This document shows positions 14,171-58,204 of a stretch of 64,000 bases of DNA, piece after piece. A model generated the notes under the pieces. It did not search any database, was not told where the DNA came from, and saw only the letters and a program-made list of their open reading frames with translations. Both the position numbers and the translations under genes were made by a program. Position 1 is the first letter of the stretch; the number at the start of each line of letters is the position of its first letter. The DNA comes from Paraspadella gotoi (taxonomy: Eukaryota; Animalia; Chaetognatha), in the NCBI GenBank assembly GCA_051294375.1, contig CM119264.1:28119905-28183904 (forward strand). The letters run 5' to 3'.

Positions 14171-14698
14171 GAGGTTGGAAANNNNNNNNNNNNNNNNNNN
14201 NNNNNNNNNNNNNNNNNNNNNNNNNNNNNNNNNNNNNNNNNNNNNNNNNNNNNNNNNNNNNNNNNNNNNNNNNNNNNNNNNNNNNNNNNNNNNNNNNNNN
14301 NNNNNNNNNNNNNNNNNNNNNNNNNNNNNNNNNNNNNNNNNNNNNNNNNNNNNNNNNNNNNNNNNNNNNNNNNNNNNNNNNNNNNNNNNNNNNNNNNNNN
14401 NNNNNNNNNNNNNNNNNNNNNNNNNNNNNNNNNNNNNNNNNNNNNAAAAATCCACACAAATAAATTCAAACCTTTGATGTTGCGATTTTTGAGGGGGCTG
14501 TTATTGTTGTTATTGTTGTTTGATGTTGAGGCTGTTGGTTGTGTTGCTAAAGGATGGAGGTTTAATGTTTTTCTTTCAGGTTCATGTTTCTTTCTTTCTT
14601 TCTTTTTCAATTTTTTAAAGATATTTGTCGTTTCTTGTCTAAGACTTTTTTCTCAGGTTTGTCGGTGATTTTCTTTCCTTTGACTTTTGGCTTTAATC

Positions 14699-14814
<116 letters not shown>

Positions 14815-15521
14815 ATAGACAATAGACAATATTAATTACTTGCGGCTTTAGGCACCTTGAGGGCCTTTAAAAGCTACCTATTTCTCAAGAATATTTACAA
14901 ATTGTAATTGACTTTGAAACAAAAGTGCATCGCACTTCTAAGAGAAAGAGAGAGACGAAGGAAAGAGAAATCTGTGAAAACTTGTGAAATCTTTTGGAGT
15001 AAAAGCGACATCAGTCACTTTCCTCAAGGCGTCTTGGACAAGTTTAAATTTTCATTTCCAAAAAATATGGCAAGGCTTATATTAGGATCTTATGTTAGCA
15101 CAAAGTCATACGATTATAGTATAATATAGTATAGTATACAATTATAGTAAAACCTTAACGAAATCGAAACGGATTTTTCGTAGATTGTTAATTTTTTTGT
15201 ACCCTTTGACTCTTGTTCATTCTTTTCTAATTTAACTATTTTTTTTCCATTTTTTTTACATCTTTGTATTTATCAAAATGTCTTATTCTTTCTCTGGTTT
15301 TTCTTTTCCTCTTCTTTTTTCTTTCTATTTCCTTATTCTTCTCTTATTCCCCAGATCTTCCTTCAATTGTCATTTACTCTTCTTATGTTTCGCTTCTTCT
15401 TCTTCTTTTTTTTTTTAAACTTCGGTCTCCGTTGACTTTTTCCACTTTTGCCAGTCTCTCAGCGTGATCCATCACTAAATCTTTTTTTTTTAACTCTCTT
15501 CTCTCTCTCTCTCTCTCTCTC

Positions 15522-15595
<74 letters not shown>

Positions 15596-16287
15596 ACTTA
15601 GCGTCATTCTCTCAGGACCGCTATTGTTTTAAAAGCTCTGAATCGAGAGAAACACATTAGACCTTTTCAAGTTTTGACTTCAACTTAAGAACTTCGTAAC
15701 GACTGATTATCTTTCCTTCACATCGCAACTTAAAAAAAATTCGACGCGCGTTTTCAACGGACGAAAAAATCACATTTTTTTATTTTGTGCATCAAATTCA
15801 TTTTTTTTCTTTTTCTCAATTTTAACAAAAGGAGATTTACTATCATTAATCATTAATCATTAAACCTTCAAGTCATCGTCTTCCATAATTAAAACAACAT
15901 GGCTCTTAATCAAATATTTAATAATTAAAACAACATAATTAAAACAACAATTAACAATTAACAACAACCATTAAAACAACATAATTATTAATTCAAAAAA
16001 CATAATTAAAACAACATGGCCCTTTGTTTGTTTCTTTTTATAATTTTCCTTATTGTTTAAATTTTAAAACATTTTTCTTTCAACATTAAAACTCATTCTA
16101 CAAAGCCCGTCATATTCTATTCATTTCGCAAGTTTTTTTTTTTTAATGTGTGTTTTTATTTTACTCTTCAAATTCCGAGAGATACTACATTGAAAGACAA
16201 AGTGTATATTAACGACTAAATGACAATAACTGATGACACTTGAGACCAAAATTCTTCATCTCACTTTGTCTGGGCTGCGATTACCAG

Positions 16288-16326
<39 letters not shown>

Positions 16327-16446
16327 AGACGAGAACCGACGAGAAAAAATCACAAGGTCACACGAAAATACTTTATACGGATGGGAGGGGAGAAAGAAAG
16401 AGAGTGACGAGGGAGAGAGAGAGAGAGAGAGAGGGAGAGGAGAGAG

Positions 16447-16478
<32 letters not shown>

Positions 16479-17326
16479 GAGAGAAGAGAGAGAGAGAGCG
16501 AGAGAGAGAGAAGAGAAAGAAAGAGAGAGAAAGAGAGAGAGATGGGGAGCTGGATATCAATCGGAAACGTTAGAGACGAAAGCAACAAGATCAGATTCAC
16601 TAAATAGTTTGACGTTTTGTGACACGCCGTGGCGTCTCGTGGCATCTCGTGGCGTGGAATGAATTTCCTTGGCGTGGCGTAACTAAACGTGACCTCAAAG
16701 ACCGTGACGTGACTCGACCTTGAAGGTGAAGGTCATCGTTTCACACGATTCACTCGATCGAGTGAAAAGTGAAAGGTTCACAGTGAACAGGCCTCTCCCT
16801 TCGCTAATGTCGAGGACGAGTGAACGTGAAACAGTTGGGGGGTGCGAATTAAGGCACGTCAGGTAGCAAGACAGATGCCAACAGGTGCTGAAAAGTGTCA
16901 ATAGATGCTGAGAGGCGTGCCGAGATGGATGTCTGCACTAATCGGAATGCGATGGGAGAAAAACAATTTCCAATCGATCGATCTTTTCATTCTTCTTTTC
17001 TTTTTTTTCTGCCTTTCTTTCTTACTCTCTTTATTTATTTCTTTATTTCTTTATTTATTTCTTCATTTCTTTCTTTCTTACTCTCTTTATTTATTTATTT
17101 ATTTTTTTATTTATTTCTTCATTTCTTTCTTTCTTTATTTCTTTATTTCTTTATTTATTTATTTATTTATTTCTTCATTTCTTTCTTTCTTTCTCTGTTT
17201 ATTTATTTATTTATTTCTTTATTTTTTTCTTCATTTCTTTCTTTCTTTCTCTCTTTATTTATTTATTTATTTAAAAAAAGAGGAGATTTATTATTATTTA
17301 TTTATTTATTTATTTTTGGTTTATTT

Positions 17327-17358
<32 letters not shown>

Positions 17359-17559
17359 TTACTATTCTTTCTTTCTTCTCTCTTTATTTATTTATTTAAT
17401 TATATTATTTATTCTTTCTCTTTGCTTTCTTTTTGTCTTGTCTTCTNNNNNNNNNNNNNNNNNNNNNNNNNTCTTTCTTTCTTTCTTTCTTTCTTTCTTT
17501 ATTTATTTATTAATTTATTTATTCATTTCTTTCTTTATTTATTTATTTATTCCTTCATT

Positions 17560-17615
<56 letters not shown>

Positions 17616-18811
17616 TCGTCCCCAACTCTAGTTGCCTTCGCCAAAAAAAAATTTCGTTTATTAGTTTTCGATATTTTCGTAGTGAAGACCAAAAATAATA
17701 AATCGTATTTTTGTTTTTAGACTTTTTTTCTTCTGAAAGTCATCCAGAATCGTCGTAGTCATCGTCGTCGTCATCATCCTCATCTTCATTCAATGAAACG
17801 ATTTTCTTCTCCCATTAAATTCGTCATTATCTTCGTCTTCGTAATTCAATTTTAGATTCGTCCTCCCGAGTTTTTAATCACCGACGATATTTTCCGATCA
17901 TCTGGAATTGTTGTCGTTGTCGTTGTTGTTGTCGATCTTAATTATCCTTATCTATGTTGTCGTTGTTCTTCTTCTTTCAGTTCACTGAACTGCTCTGACT
18001 GAACCTTTCCGAAAACGTAAACAAAAATAGGTAAACAATAACAATAAACAATAACGAAGCCAAAGGATATTTATTTCGCAAAACGATTTACGTAAACAAT
18101 CTCCCTGTAGCGTAAACGAAATCGATATTACTTTTGACTTTTCTCAACGAGAGAGAGAGAGACTTTTACCTCGGGGTTAGAAATAAGCGGAATTCCTTGT
18201 AAGAAAGATTCGCGCGCCAACGACGATCGCATTTTGTTTTCGTCTTCGTCGTTGTTCTTCGTCGTTGTCTTCGCCGTTGTCGACGTCGTTTTCTTCGTCC
18301 TCATCTTCATCTTTGCCTTCGTCTTTGTCTTCGTCGTTTTTTTCGTATTTGTCTCCATCACTTGTCGTTGTTCTTCGTCGTTGTCTTTGCCGTTGTCTTC
18401 GTCGTTTTTTTCGTCGTTGTCTTCGTCGTTGTCTTCGTCTTCATCTTCATCTTTGCCTTCGTCTTTGTCTTCGTCTTGTCTTCGTATTTGTCTCCATCAC
18501 TCCTCGTGGGTTCGTCGTCGTTGTCTTCGTCTTTGTCTTCGTCTTTGTCTTCGTCTTTGTCTTCGTCTTTGTCTCCATCGCTCGTCGTGGGTTCGTCGTC
18601 GTTGTCTTCGTCCTTGTCGTAGTACGATAAACACAAAGGATTTGACTTTTATTCCACCAATCCTTTAAATCCGAAGCGTTGAATTGTCAGGCGTTTGCCT
18701 GATCGATGGAGCCTCTCTTTATCGGATTCTCTTATCAAACCTGTCGTCAACTAAGATCCAATCTTTTGCAATTGGCGACACAATCGTTCGGCTTTTCATG
18801 AATCTTTAATT

Positions 18812-20577
18812 TAAGAGATTTTTTGGTTAGAAAAAAGTTTTGAAGTTTTTTTTTGTGTGTGTGACTTTTACTTTCACACGCATAAAATTCGCCACAAGCC
18901 GACGCTGAGACAAGTTCAGAGAAAAAAAATTGATTATCCCCAAAGATTTTCACACGCTACTTTTAAATTCCGACTCTAAACATTTTTTTTTCTTTCCTTC
19001 GAAACAACATCCTTCGTTTATTTATTTATTCTAGTTTTTTTTTTTTTTTTGTTGAGGGAAGCAGATTTTTATTTAAATTCGGATCTGCGATCGGATTGTC
19101 TGAAAACAACGAACCCTCACCAGAGGAAATTCCGATTGAATTAAACATAGAAACAAAAAAAACACAAAAACAAAAACAATTTCGTTTTTTGGGAAAGAAT
19201 TTTGATTTTTTGTTATTTTTTATAAAAGGAAACCTGAATGTTGGCCAGTTCGTTTGAATTCAAAAAAAAGATTTTAGACTCTTAACTTTTCTTTTTTCGA
19301 AAAATAAAAACAATCATAAGATAGAGTCCGGAGAGAAGAGGAGAGAGAGCACCGAGAGAGAGAGAGATGAGATGAGAGAGAAGAGAGACGAGAGAAAGAT
19401 AGCGACGACGAGAGAGAAGAGAAACACCACCGGATCGAAACTTTGAGATGAAGATGAGAGAGAAAGAGAAATAGACTCAAAACTCAAGTCAAAAGTCAAT
19501 CGAACGAATCTTTTCAAATCCGATTGGCTAAATCCAGATTGCGTGAAAAAAAAATAACTAACGTTTGTGAAAAAAAAAATGTAATCACTCTTTGACTCTG
19601 TCTCGGTCGTTCTCCGTATCTCCCCTCGCCTCCTTCTGTCGGCCCCTATAGCTCAGCTCACTCTCTCCAGTCATAAGAGATTTTTGGTAGAAAAAAGTTT
19701 TTGAAGGTTTTTTTTTGTGTTGTGTGACTTTTACTTTCACACGCATAAAATTCGCCAACAAGCCGACGCTTAGAACAAGTTCTTCAGAGGAAAAAAATTG
19801 GATTATCCCCAAAGATTTTCACACGCGCTACTTTTAAATTCCGACTATAAACATTTTTTTTCTTTTCCTTCGAACAACATCTTCGTTTATTTATTTATAT
19901 CTAGTTTTTTTTTATTTGAAATTTGTTCCGTTTTTTTTTTTTTTTTGTTGAGGGAAGCAGATTTTTATTTAAATTCGGATCTGCGATCGGATTGTCTGAA
20001 AACAACGAACCCTCACCAGAGGAAATTCCGATTGAATTAAACATAGAAACAAAAAAATACAAAAAACAGAAAACAATTTCGTTTTTGGGAAAGAATTATT
20101 TTTTGGTTATTTTTTATAAAAGAAACCTGAATGTTGGCCCAGTTCGTTTGAATTCAAAAAAAAGATTTTAGACTCTTAACTTTTCTTTTTTCGAAAAATT
20201 AAAACAGATCATCAAGATAAGTCCGGAGAGAAGAGGAGAGAGAGCACCCGAGAGAGAGAGAGATGAGATGAGAGAGAAGAGAGACGAGAGAGAGAGATGA
20301 GAGACGACGACGAGAGAGAAGAGAAACACCACCGGATCGAAACTTTGAGATGAAGATGAGAGAGAAAGAGAAATAGACTCAAAACTCAAGTCAAAAGTCA
20401 AATCGAAACGAATCTTTTCAAATTCCGAGGCTAAATCCAGATTGGCGTGAAAAAAAAATAACTAACGTTTGTGAAAAAAATAATGTAATCACTCTTTGAC
20501 TCTGTCTCGGTCGTTTCTCCGTATCTCCCTCGCCTCCTTCTGTCGGCCCCTATAGCTAAGCTCACTCTCTCCAGTCA
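18812..20577 (+). repeat. Tandem direct duplication (~860-900 bp units: 18812-19673 and 19674-20577)
   Basis: Both units start taagagattttt(t)gg(t)tagaaaaaag and end ctcactctctccagtca; they are colinear and differ mostly by homopolymer indels. Confidence 0.95.
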
Positions 20578-20625
20578 AGGAGGGACCATTCCATTCTCTG
20601 CTCGGCTACGTAAACCCCACTCTCT

Positions 20626-20678
<53 letters not shown>

Positions 20679-21174
20679 CCTCCTCTCCTCTTTGCTCGTG
20701 CTGATTCCAGATTTGGTTCTCTGTGAAGTGCGAGTGAGTGATCACGACTTTCTGGCAACAAACGAAAACTTTTNNNNNNNNNNNNNNNNNNNNNNNNNTT
20801 TTTTTACTCTGTTCGATTTTCATTTCTGATTCTCCTTCGTTCTCTCCCTCTTTTTTTCTCTCCCTTTCTTTTGTTCTCCCTCTTTTTCGCGCTCTCGCTC
20901 TTTCTTTCTCACTCTTTTTCGCTTTCTTAGGCTCGCTCTATCTCTTACTTTCGTTTTAAACTATTATTGAGAATCTTGTAATCCGAAATTACCACGTCTC
21001 TCTCTCTCTCTCTCTCTCTCTCTGTCATTCCTGAATGAAATACTCGTTCATCTCCTTTGTGATTGTTTGTGATTTGGTTCTTCACTCGTTGTCATCGACG
21101 TCCGATTTTTCTCCATCAAGAAAAGTTATTTCCATCTCGACGATTTTTTTCCCTTTTTTTTCTTTTCCATCCTC

Positions 21175-21309
<135 letters not shown>

Positions 21310-21442
21310 TAAAAAACAGTGATTTTAAAGTTAAAAAAAAATTAATACCATTCTTCCTTCGTAGCATTGATTTTTTTTTCCTTTACTTTCTCCGTTATCG
21401 AATATATTAATTTAAATAATAAATTTATTCTTTTTTTTTCAG

Positions 21443-43788
<22,346 letters not shown>

Positions 43789-44440
43789 GTGAGTTGTTGG
43801 TTTTTTTTCTTAATTGTTTGTTTATTTGTTTATTTATTACTATGTTAGCGAGGAGACGAGTTCGGCTCGAGGGAATAATCAGATTTTCGTCGATTTCCGT
43901 TAAAAAATGGTTCCATCAAAAGTATATAGTCAAGCCCACTACGAAGTGTGGCAATATGGGCATATTTCGAAAGCGTAGGGTCTTGGGAAGACGACTGGGG
44001 GGGAGCGCGAAAAATATTTTGACATTTTAATATTTAAAAGTGCAATTAAAGAGGACTGGTTTGTGGCTTTTTTTTAATGTCTTTCTTTTCCCTACAGTTG
44101 TATCTCTTAATTAAAACAAAAGGTAATTATGGCTACAGATTATGATAGACCACTGTCTTGGCTTTAATTCGATATAATGACATTTGTCAATTCTTGCAAG
44201 CTTGCTTGCTTATTTAAGCAATCAAATTAACTGGTTTTTCAGTCGTATTTTATACCCTCGTGCCCTATGAGATAGAGGATTTCAAGTTTATCAGCTGTTA
44301 GATATGTGTTTGAACTTTCCTTTGTGGGGGGAGCGCGAAAATAAATTTGAATAATTAATATTAATCAAAGAGTAAATACAAATCATGATTTTTTCCTGGA
44401 TAAATCCGCTTAAGATTCTTTGTTTATGCTCGCTGGCGTA

Positions 44441-46402
44441 TTAGTGTTTCTTTGTTACGCTCGGAAGCCTCGTGTCATGGCCATGGCTGTGGCTCGCGAT
44501 CTTTTGTTGAGCGAATCTGTTCGGATGACCACTGGCGACTATGAAGCGGTCATTCCCCTCTGGGTTTCTATAGCAACAGTCGTTGCCACATCTTTAAACG
44601 GAAATTTTGTCAAGAAATAATAATTATTATTATCTTCAGTGATAATTTGAATAGTTTATCTTTGCTCGTTATTTGCAATTAAATTACTCTTGGTATGTCA
44701 TTATACCATCACCATCACGAAGAGGACACAACACTGAAACAAGGTGGGTAATATTTTTTTACTTACATCTCAATTTTATTTTTAGTTACCTCATTAGGAT
44801 GTAATGTGTTAATTTTACTTTCGACATTTAGGGGTGGTTAAGGTTTAGGGGTGATTAGGGTTAAGAGGTTTTAGGGTTAGGATAATTAGGTAATAATTTT
44901 TTTAATTTTTTTTTTAAATAAATATTTTGTGCTTATAACTTTCTTTTCGTTGTGTAATGTAATTGATGCGACAATTATTTCAGTGTCAACAACGATTTTA
45001 TTTACATAAGGGACATGTTTCGGCGCTTTAAAGTTTAATTTTTAATGAAATCGTTAGGCAACGATCGAGACGAAGTTCAGAGCAAGAAGGAATTTTATTC
45101 GAGTCAAAGAAACGGAGACAAAACAGAGTTAAAACAGAGAGAAAACGGGAACAAAGGATGCTAAGTCTTCAGTCATTAACAAAATAAGAATTGACAACTT
45201 GGCCATACGAATAAATATAAAAACGAACCCAAGTCCTTTGTGTTGGGAGGAGCTCGTGCTACCTCCGGCGCCATAGGTGCTGTTGATTCTCGGACGAGTA
45301 ACGGGATATGAAATATTACCGCTACAAAACAGTTTTCCGATGGAATTACAATAAAGTATTAATATTAAATGCAACTTTTTCTTCATAATTCTTTGGCAAG
45401 ACTCACTTTAGAACATTTTGACGGGCGATACGCCGACGGTTCAGCTCCGTGAGGCATAAAAAATACTAAAATATTTTCTACAGTTGACACAGAAATAATT
45501 TTTGCATCAATAAATATTTTTAAATCATTTTTTAATAGACTTCAAAATCTCAGTCGTCGAAAGTAAAATTTTGCTCTTAAAGTTTAGAATATTTAACTTT
45601 TTGTTATTTGTATTAGATGTATATATCCCTAATTGGATTTACAGCTATAAAGTCGCTTTTGACGTGTCAGTTGTCTTCCCGGTCCAGGAAGCTATCATCT
45701 TCCAAACAGCCACCACTCCTCCCGAGGCTATTGAAATGCGAAGGTCCTGCAAACACAAGCAACAGGTTGGTGGCCGGACAAGGAAGCCCTGCTCTTCCTG
45801 AAAGCCATTCCACACCAAAAATTTTGGCAAAATGCTCGGTGTTGGGGTAAGACCAACCCCTATTTTTAATAAAATGAATCTTTTATCATCGACAGCATAC
45901 GACGGCGCTTAGTACAAGGGCAGCAACAACGGCGATCAGCGAGTCTCCAGATACTTCAGGATTACTTTTTTCAATCTGGTAAAGATTTTAAATTGCTGTA
46001 AATATTTTATAAAGTGATTTTGTTTCTACTTTTTATAACTTTCAGAATCAATCGCCAGTCCTGTGTGGTCAACGTAATCATCGTGGTTGCAGTCGTCAAC
46101 TACAGATTGTTTTTTTTAGATATTATTTCCCTCTCTTACGACGATTTTTTCTGTCAATTTATAATAAATAAATTTTTCTTTTCTTGACTTATACAATGAA
46201 AACTGGCAAGGGGGATAGAAGTATTAATCACTGAATTTTTGCTCTCTTTCTTTATTTAATCCTGAAGATTGATCATAATAATTATTGTTGAAGAATGCAA
46301 CAATTTTGTTTAATAGAACTTCAATACAAATCAATTCTTTTTACTCTAAATATAACGAGTATATTTGTAGAAGTAGTACATTCATAGGAATCAGCTTACC
46401 AT
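44441..46402 (-). CDS. Possible compact, short-intron gene (small membrane protein?); tentative
   Basis: Candidate minus-strand exons with GT-AG ends: ATG|GTAAGC at 46402-46400, an exon near 45901-45975 (IEKSNPEVSGDSLIAVVAALVLSAV), 45465-45407, 45321-45209, 44733-44688 and 44591-44441 (ECGNDCCYRNPEGNDRFIVASGHPNRF...*). The last four join in frame. The 45645-45800 segment does not join cleanly, and one exon overlaps a SINE-like head. Confidence 0.25.
45224..45280 (-). mobile_element. Second tRNA-like SINE head fragment
   Basis: Reverse complement gcacctatggcgccggaggtagcacgagctcctcccaacacaaaggacttgggttcg (A box TGGCGCCGGAGG, B-box start GGTTCG) is related to the 46763-46829 copy. Confidence 0.45.
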
Positions 46403-46721
46403 GTCAATTGTCCAAAGTATGTTATCATTTATTAGTTCGATAAAAAGTTAGTATGGTAGTCAGCGGATTAGTTCAAATGTTTTGAAATGTATTTTTAGCA
46501 AAAAATTATGTATTTGTAGAAAAGATCTCATGTCAAATCCTTTGCCTCAACTTGGCATAGAAAATGATAAACATTTTCTACAGTATAAACGATCGTAATT
46601 GTTTCTCTGGAAAAGGTTGTGTGGAACCTTTGAAGAGACAGTAATATTATTATTATAGTGTCAGAACCGTTCAATATAAGCAGTCCCTGAGCTTCGGATC
46701 AGGCTGTAACACCATGTTACA

Positions 46722-46829
46722 GGCGGGTTAAGCGCCCCGTCCCTCTTAACTGCCAGACGACTACCGGGCTAGAACCCCAGACCTTTGTGTTGGGAGGCGA
46801 ATGACTTGCCTCCGCGCGCACCAATGGCC
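46722..46829 (-). mobile_element. tRNA-derived SINE-like element (Gly-like head)
   Basis: Reverse complement ggccattggtgcgcgcggaggcaagtcattcgcctcccaacacaaaggtctggggttctagcccgg has A/B-box-like motifs; it shares cctttgtgttgggagg with 45235-45250. Confidence 0.5.
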
Positions 46830-46914
46830 GCGCCGATGAACGGTTGTGGATTTTAGTCCACCATACCTTACTTTTACTGCAGAAAATGTTTATTATTTTT
46901 TATGCCGCGCATTT

Positions 46915-47114
46915 GATTCGTCGGCCGTAGGTTTAAACTGGCTTTAACATGGAATCAAAGGATTTTCTACTTAATTTATAGTACATCATTAATTTCGCCA
47001 TTTATTTACCTCTACAAAAAATAACTTATTCACGATTTATTCGACATTTACGTCATTCGAGACTTAGAAAACCTTGCTCCATGTTAAAGCCAGTTAACCT
47101 ACGGCCGACGAATC
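46915..47114. mobile_element. 200-bp MITE/foldback element with ~38-bp terminal inverted repeats
   Basis: gattcgtcggccgtaggtttaaactggctttaacatgga ... tccatgttaaagccagttaacctacggccgacgaatc. Confidence 0.7.
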
Positions 47115-48391
47115 GATACTCCGAACGTGCCGACCCTCTCTATCTCCTTATATCTGTTCCGGCCATTTAAGAAATATTGATAGAACATTTTCTACATATA
47201 TGTTCATAAATTAAAACTGCGGCATTACGAAGCTTACGGACTACGACATTGTCGTCTTTTAATAAAGTTGTAGATGTGGAAGAAAATTCGCCCATCCACT
47301 AGCCTGTCGTTATGGCCAAAGATATTAATATGAAATATATAATTCTCTCTCTCTCTCGTATAAACTGAGTTCATTGTTTACGTTATTGCCAATATTTTCT
47401 GTAAAATACAATCTTGAACATCGCAAATTTTGTCCCCGTTTTATCTCTAAAAATAAAAATTCCTATTTCTCTTCATAAAAGTATTTGTTTTTACAAATAT
47501 TCATGAGCTTTTTTCCGTTTCGTCGAGTTTCGATTTTCTAAGCTCGATTTCTCTATTGAATTTTGGGCCCGGAATCGAGCATTCTGCTCTTACCGTGCTC
47601 GTAGTACAAATCCTTATGGAACCAAAATCGAAATCCTTAATATAGGGCGACTTGATTACGCGAGGAAGCGATTTTTGGGTGACGTTTTGGGCGATAACTT
47701 TTGAATGCCTGGACCGATTTTGCTGATTTTTTGCATGAAGCGCTCGAAAAGAATTCCCTATCATTTGGTATCAAATTTGTACGAAAAAAATTTTAAATAA
47801 AACTCTTGTGTTCTCGCTAACTATGTACTTCTATATTCTACGTGACTTCATGTCGCGTTTTTAATCCTGACGTCGAGTTGAGCTTCAACGATCGTCGCGT
47901 CTAATTTAACATCGGAACTTTTTTTTCAACGTTACTCTTATCGGTAAGTAACGACATAAGCCCTAGTTTTAGAAGAAAAAAAATTCCTTTATATTTAAAA
48001 TAATAAGATTTCTATACTAATTATCGCTGATATCGTAATTCTTGGATTTAGAGAATTAAAAAAAAACAAAACAAAAGGAACTTAAAAATTATCTTCCACG
48101 ATTCGAAATTCCTCGATCGAACGAGGAAATCATATTCCATTGTCTTAAATCCGAATCCACGTCGTCGCTTTTCTCAAATTCGTAATTCGCCACGCCACGC
48201 CCACTTCCGTCATCGCGTGACGTCGAATTCCCTCCATCCTTCTTCCGACTCCTCAAAACCCGCGACCAAAAACGCCGCTTCGATTCCAGCCGCGCGCCCG
48301 CAGCCTCGGCGCCGATCAGCAGCGGCAGCGGCAGCGGCGGTCGACCAATCGCCTCGTCATCCCCCTCCTCCTCCTCCTCCTCCTCCTCCCG

Positions 48392-56397
<8,006 letters not shown>

Positions 56398-58170
56398 TTT
56401 GTAAAGATTTGTTTAGTGATTAAAAATATCGCAAACACAAACATTCGCGTTTAATACGTTTTAAAATTACTCTTTGACTTCGGTGAGCTTTTCCTTTACC
56501 TTTACCTCTCTATGTGATAGGGTTTCACAGAGTCAGACCTTGGCCACAAATTCTATTCATATCGATTAATATCTCATAATATAACATACTTAAGTAACTT
56601 ATAAAAACTAAGCTGAGCTTTTTCCCGCCAAGCTTCCAAACAGAGCGATTTTGTTTTTTTTATCCAAACGATACCATTTGATCTTTATGAAATGTATGGA
56701 TAATTTTATATTGTTTGTACCAATTTTAAACTAAGTGACAAATGTTTTTTCCCCACCGAGCTTCTTAGAAATCCACAATGAACGATTTTTTTTATTCCCA
56801 ACGATTTCATTTCCTTTTTATCAATTAGTTATTGTCAAATTTTTTTTAAAACTATGATCAGAATCTAATTCGTGATTGTATTAATTAATCTTCTGCTAAC
56901 GATCAACATCTGCTGGTTGTTTTTTTTAATCGAAAAAAAAATATGCAAAAGCGAACGTGTACTTTCTCTATTTGCTTTATTTTTCTTTCTTCATTTTTTT
57001 CTCTCTAATTTTTATTTTTTATTTTCTTGTTTTATTTTTTTTATTTACGTATTTACGTGTTAAGTTTACTATTTATTTATATATTTTTTTATTTTTACAA
57101 TCTATACTTTTCATTTTACTACTTTGGTTTTCGTATTTGTGTCCGTTCTTTCTCTTCTGGTCCGCTTCTGGTTCGCTTCTCGTACGCTTCTCGTTCGCTT
57201 CTCCTTTTACTCCTTCCGATTCCTGTTGAATTTAATAGAGAATCAATGAGACTCCGCTTCCCTTTTACATCTTCTCTTTCCCCTCGGGAGAAAAGATCTG
57301 AAACTGGGGACTCGGTTAATGGTTAATCGCTATCGTCGTCGTCGTCGACGTCGTCGTCGTCGTCGTCGTCGTCATCGTCGTAAGATTCGTCTTACTCGTC
57401 CTCGTTCTAATGGCTCATTTGCATAAAATTAGAATCGACGACGACGACGACAACGACGACGACAAATGGCGTTGACGATCGAGAGAAAGATTCATCGTGT
57501 TCTTTTGTCTTCTCCGATCTCGTTCTACGGCGGTGAAAGATAGAGGCCGTCACCGTCGACGCGGTAAGGGCCGTAATTAGCCTTAATTCGTTTATGATTT
57601 TTTTCACCAAAAAGTTAAAAGGGGGGAAGGTCGTCGAATTTGATAATGATGGATGCTTTTTTGGAACTGAGTATTGAGTAACCTCTTTGGGGATTCGGTT
57701 AAAATAACATTTTATTTAGGAAAATACTATCGATCACTCTTTAATCTTTATTTTCTCTTCTCTTCCCCTCTCACTCTCTCTCTCTCTCTCGTCTCTCTCT
57801 CTCTCTCTCTCATCTCTCTCTCGTCAATCTCTTCATCTCATCTTCTCTTGTCCGTTTTTCAGACTTATTTGTCATCAATATCTCTCTCTGCCGCGAGATT
57901 ACACCTTCGCTTTATTCCTCTCATCGACTCTGCTCTCTCTCTCATTCCATCTCTGTCGCCCACTTTCTTCTCGCCCCTTTTCCCCGGAATTTTTTTTTCT
58001 CGCCGTCTCTGTCTCTGTCGCCTGTTTTTCTATCTCTCTCTCTCTCGCGGTCTCTGTTGAGCAATTAAGGAAATCGTTGAAGCGAAACAAAAGATTTGAC
58101 TCAGGAGACGAAAAGCGACAAAACGAGAAGAGCGTTGAGTAAACGATGATTTAAAAATCACCTAAAACCC

Positions 58171-58204
<34 letters not shown>

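Noticed and set aside
44415-44620. Terminal + strand exon for the low-complexity gene (DSLFMLAGVLVFLCYARKP...)
   Set aside because: It is phase-compatible, but the acceptor is weak and competing acceptors at 44097 and 44242 fit too; the opposite strand is also open. It cannot be decided from sequence alone.
44828-44892. Interstitial telomere
   Set aside because: Only a few degenerate TTAGGG-like units, similar to the interiors of the local MITE family.
45660-45670. In-frame TGA in a candidate minus-strand exon read as selenocysteine
   Set aside because: The exon frame itself is unresolved, I identified no SECIS, and indel errors seem common in this assembly.
46763-46829. tRNA-Gly gene
   Set aside because: Acceptor and anticodon stems do not pair properly, and a related degenerate copy exists at 45224-45280, so a SINE head fits better.
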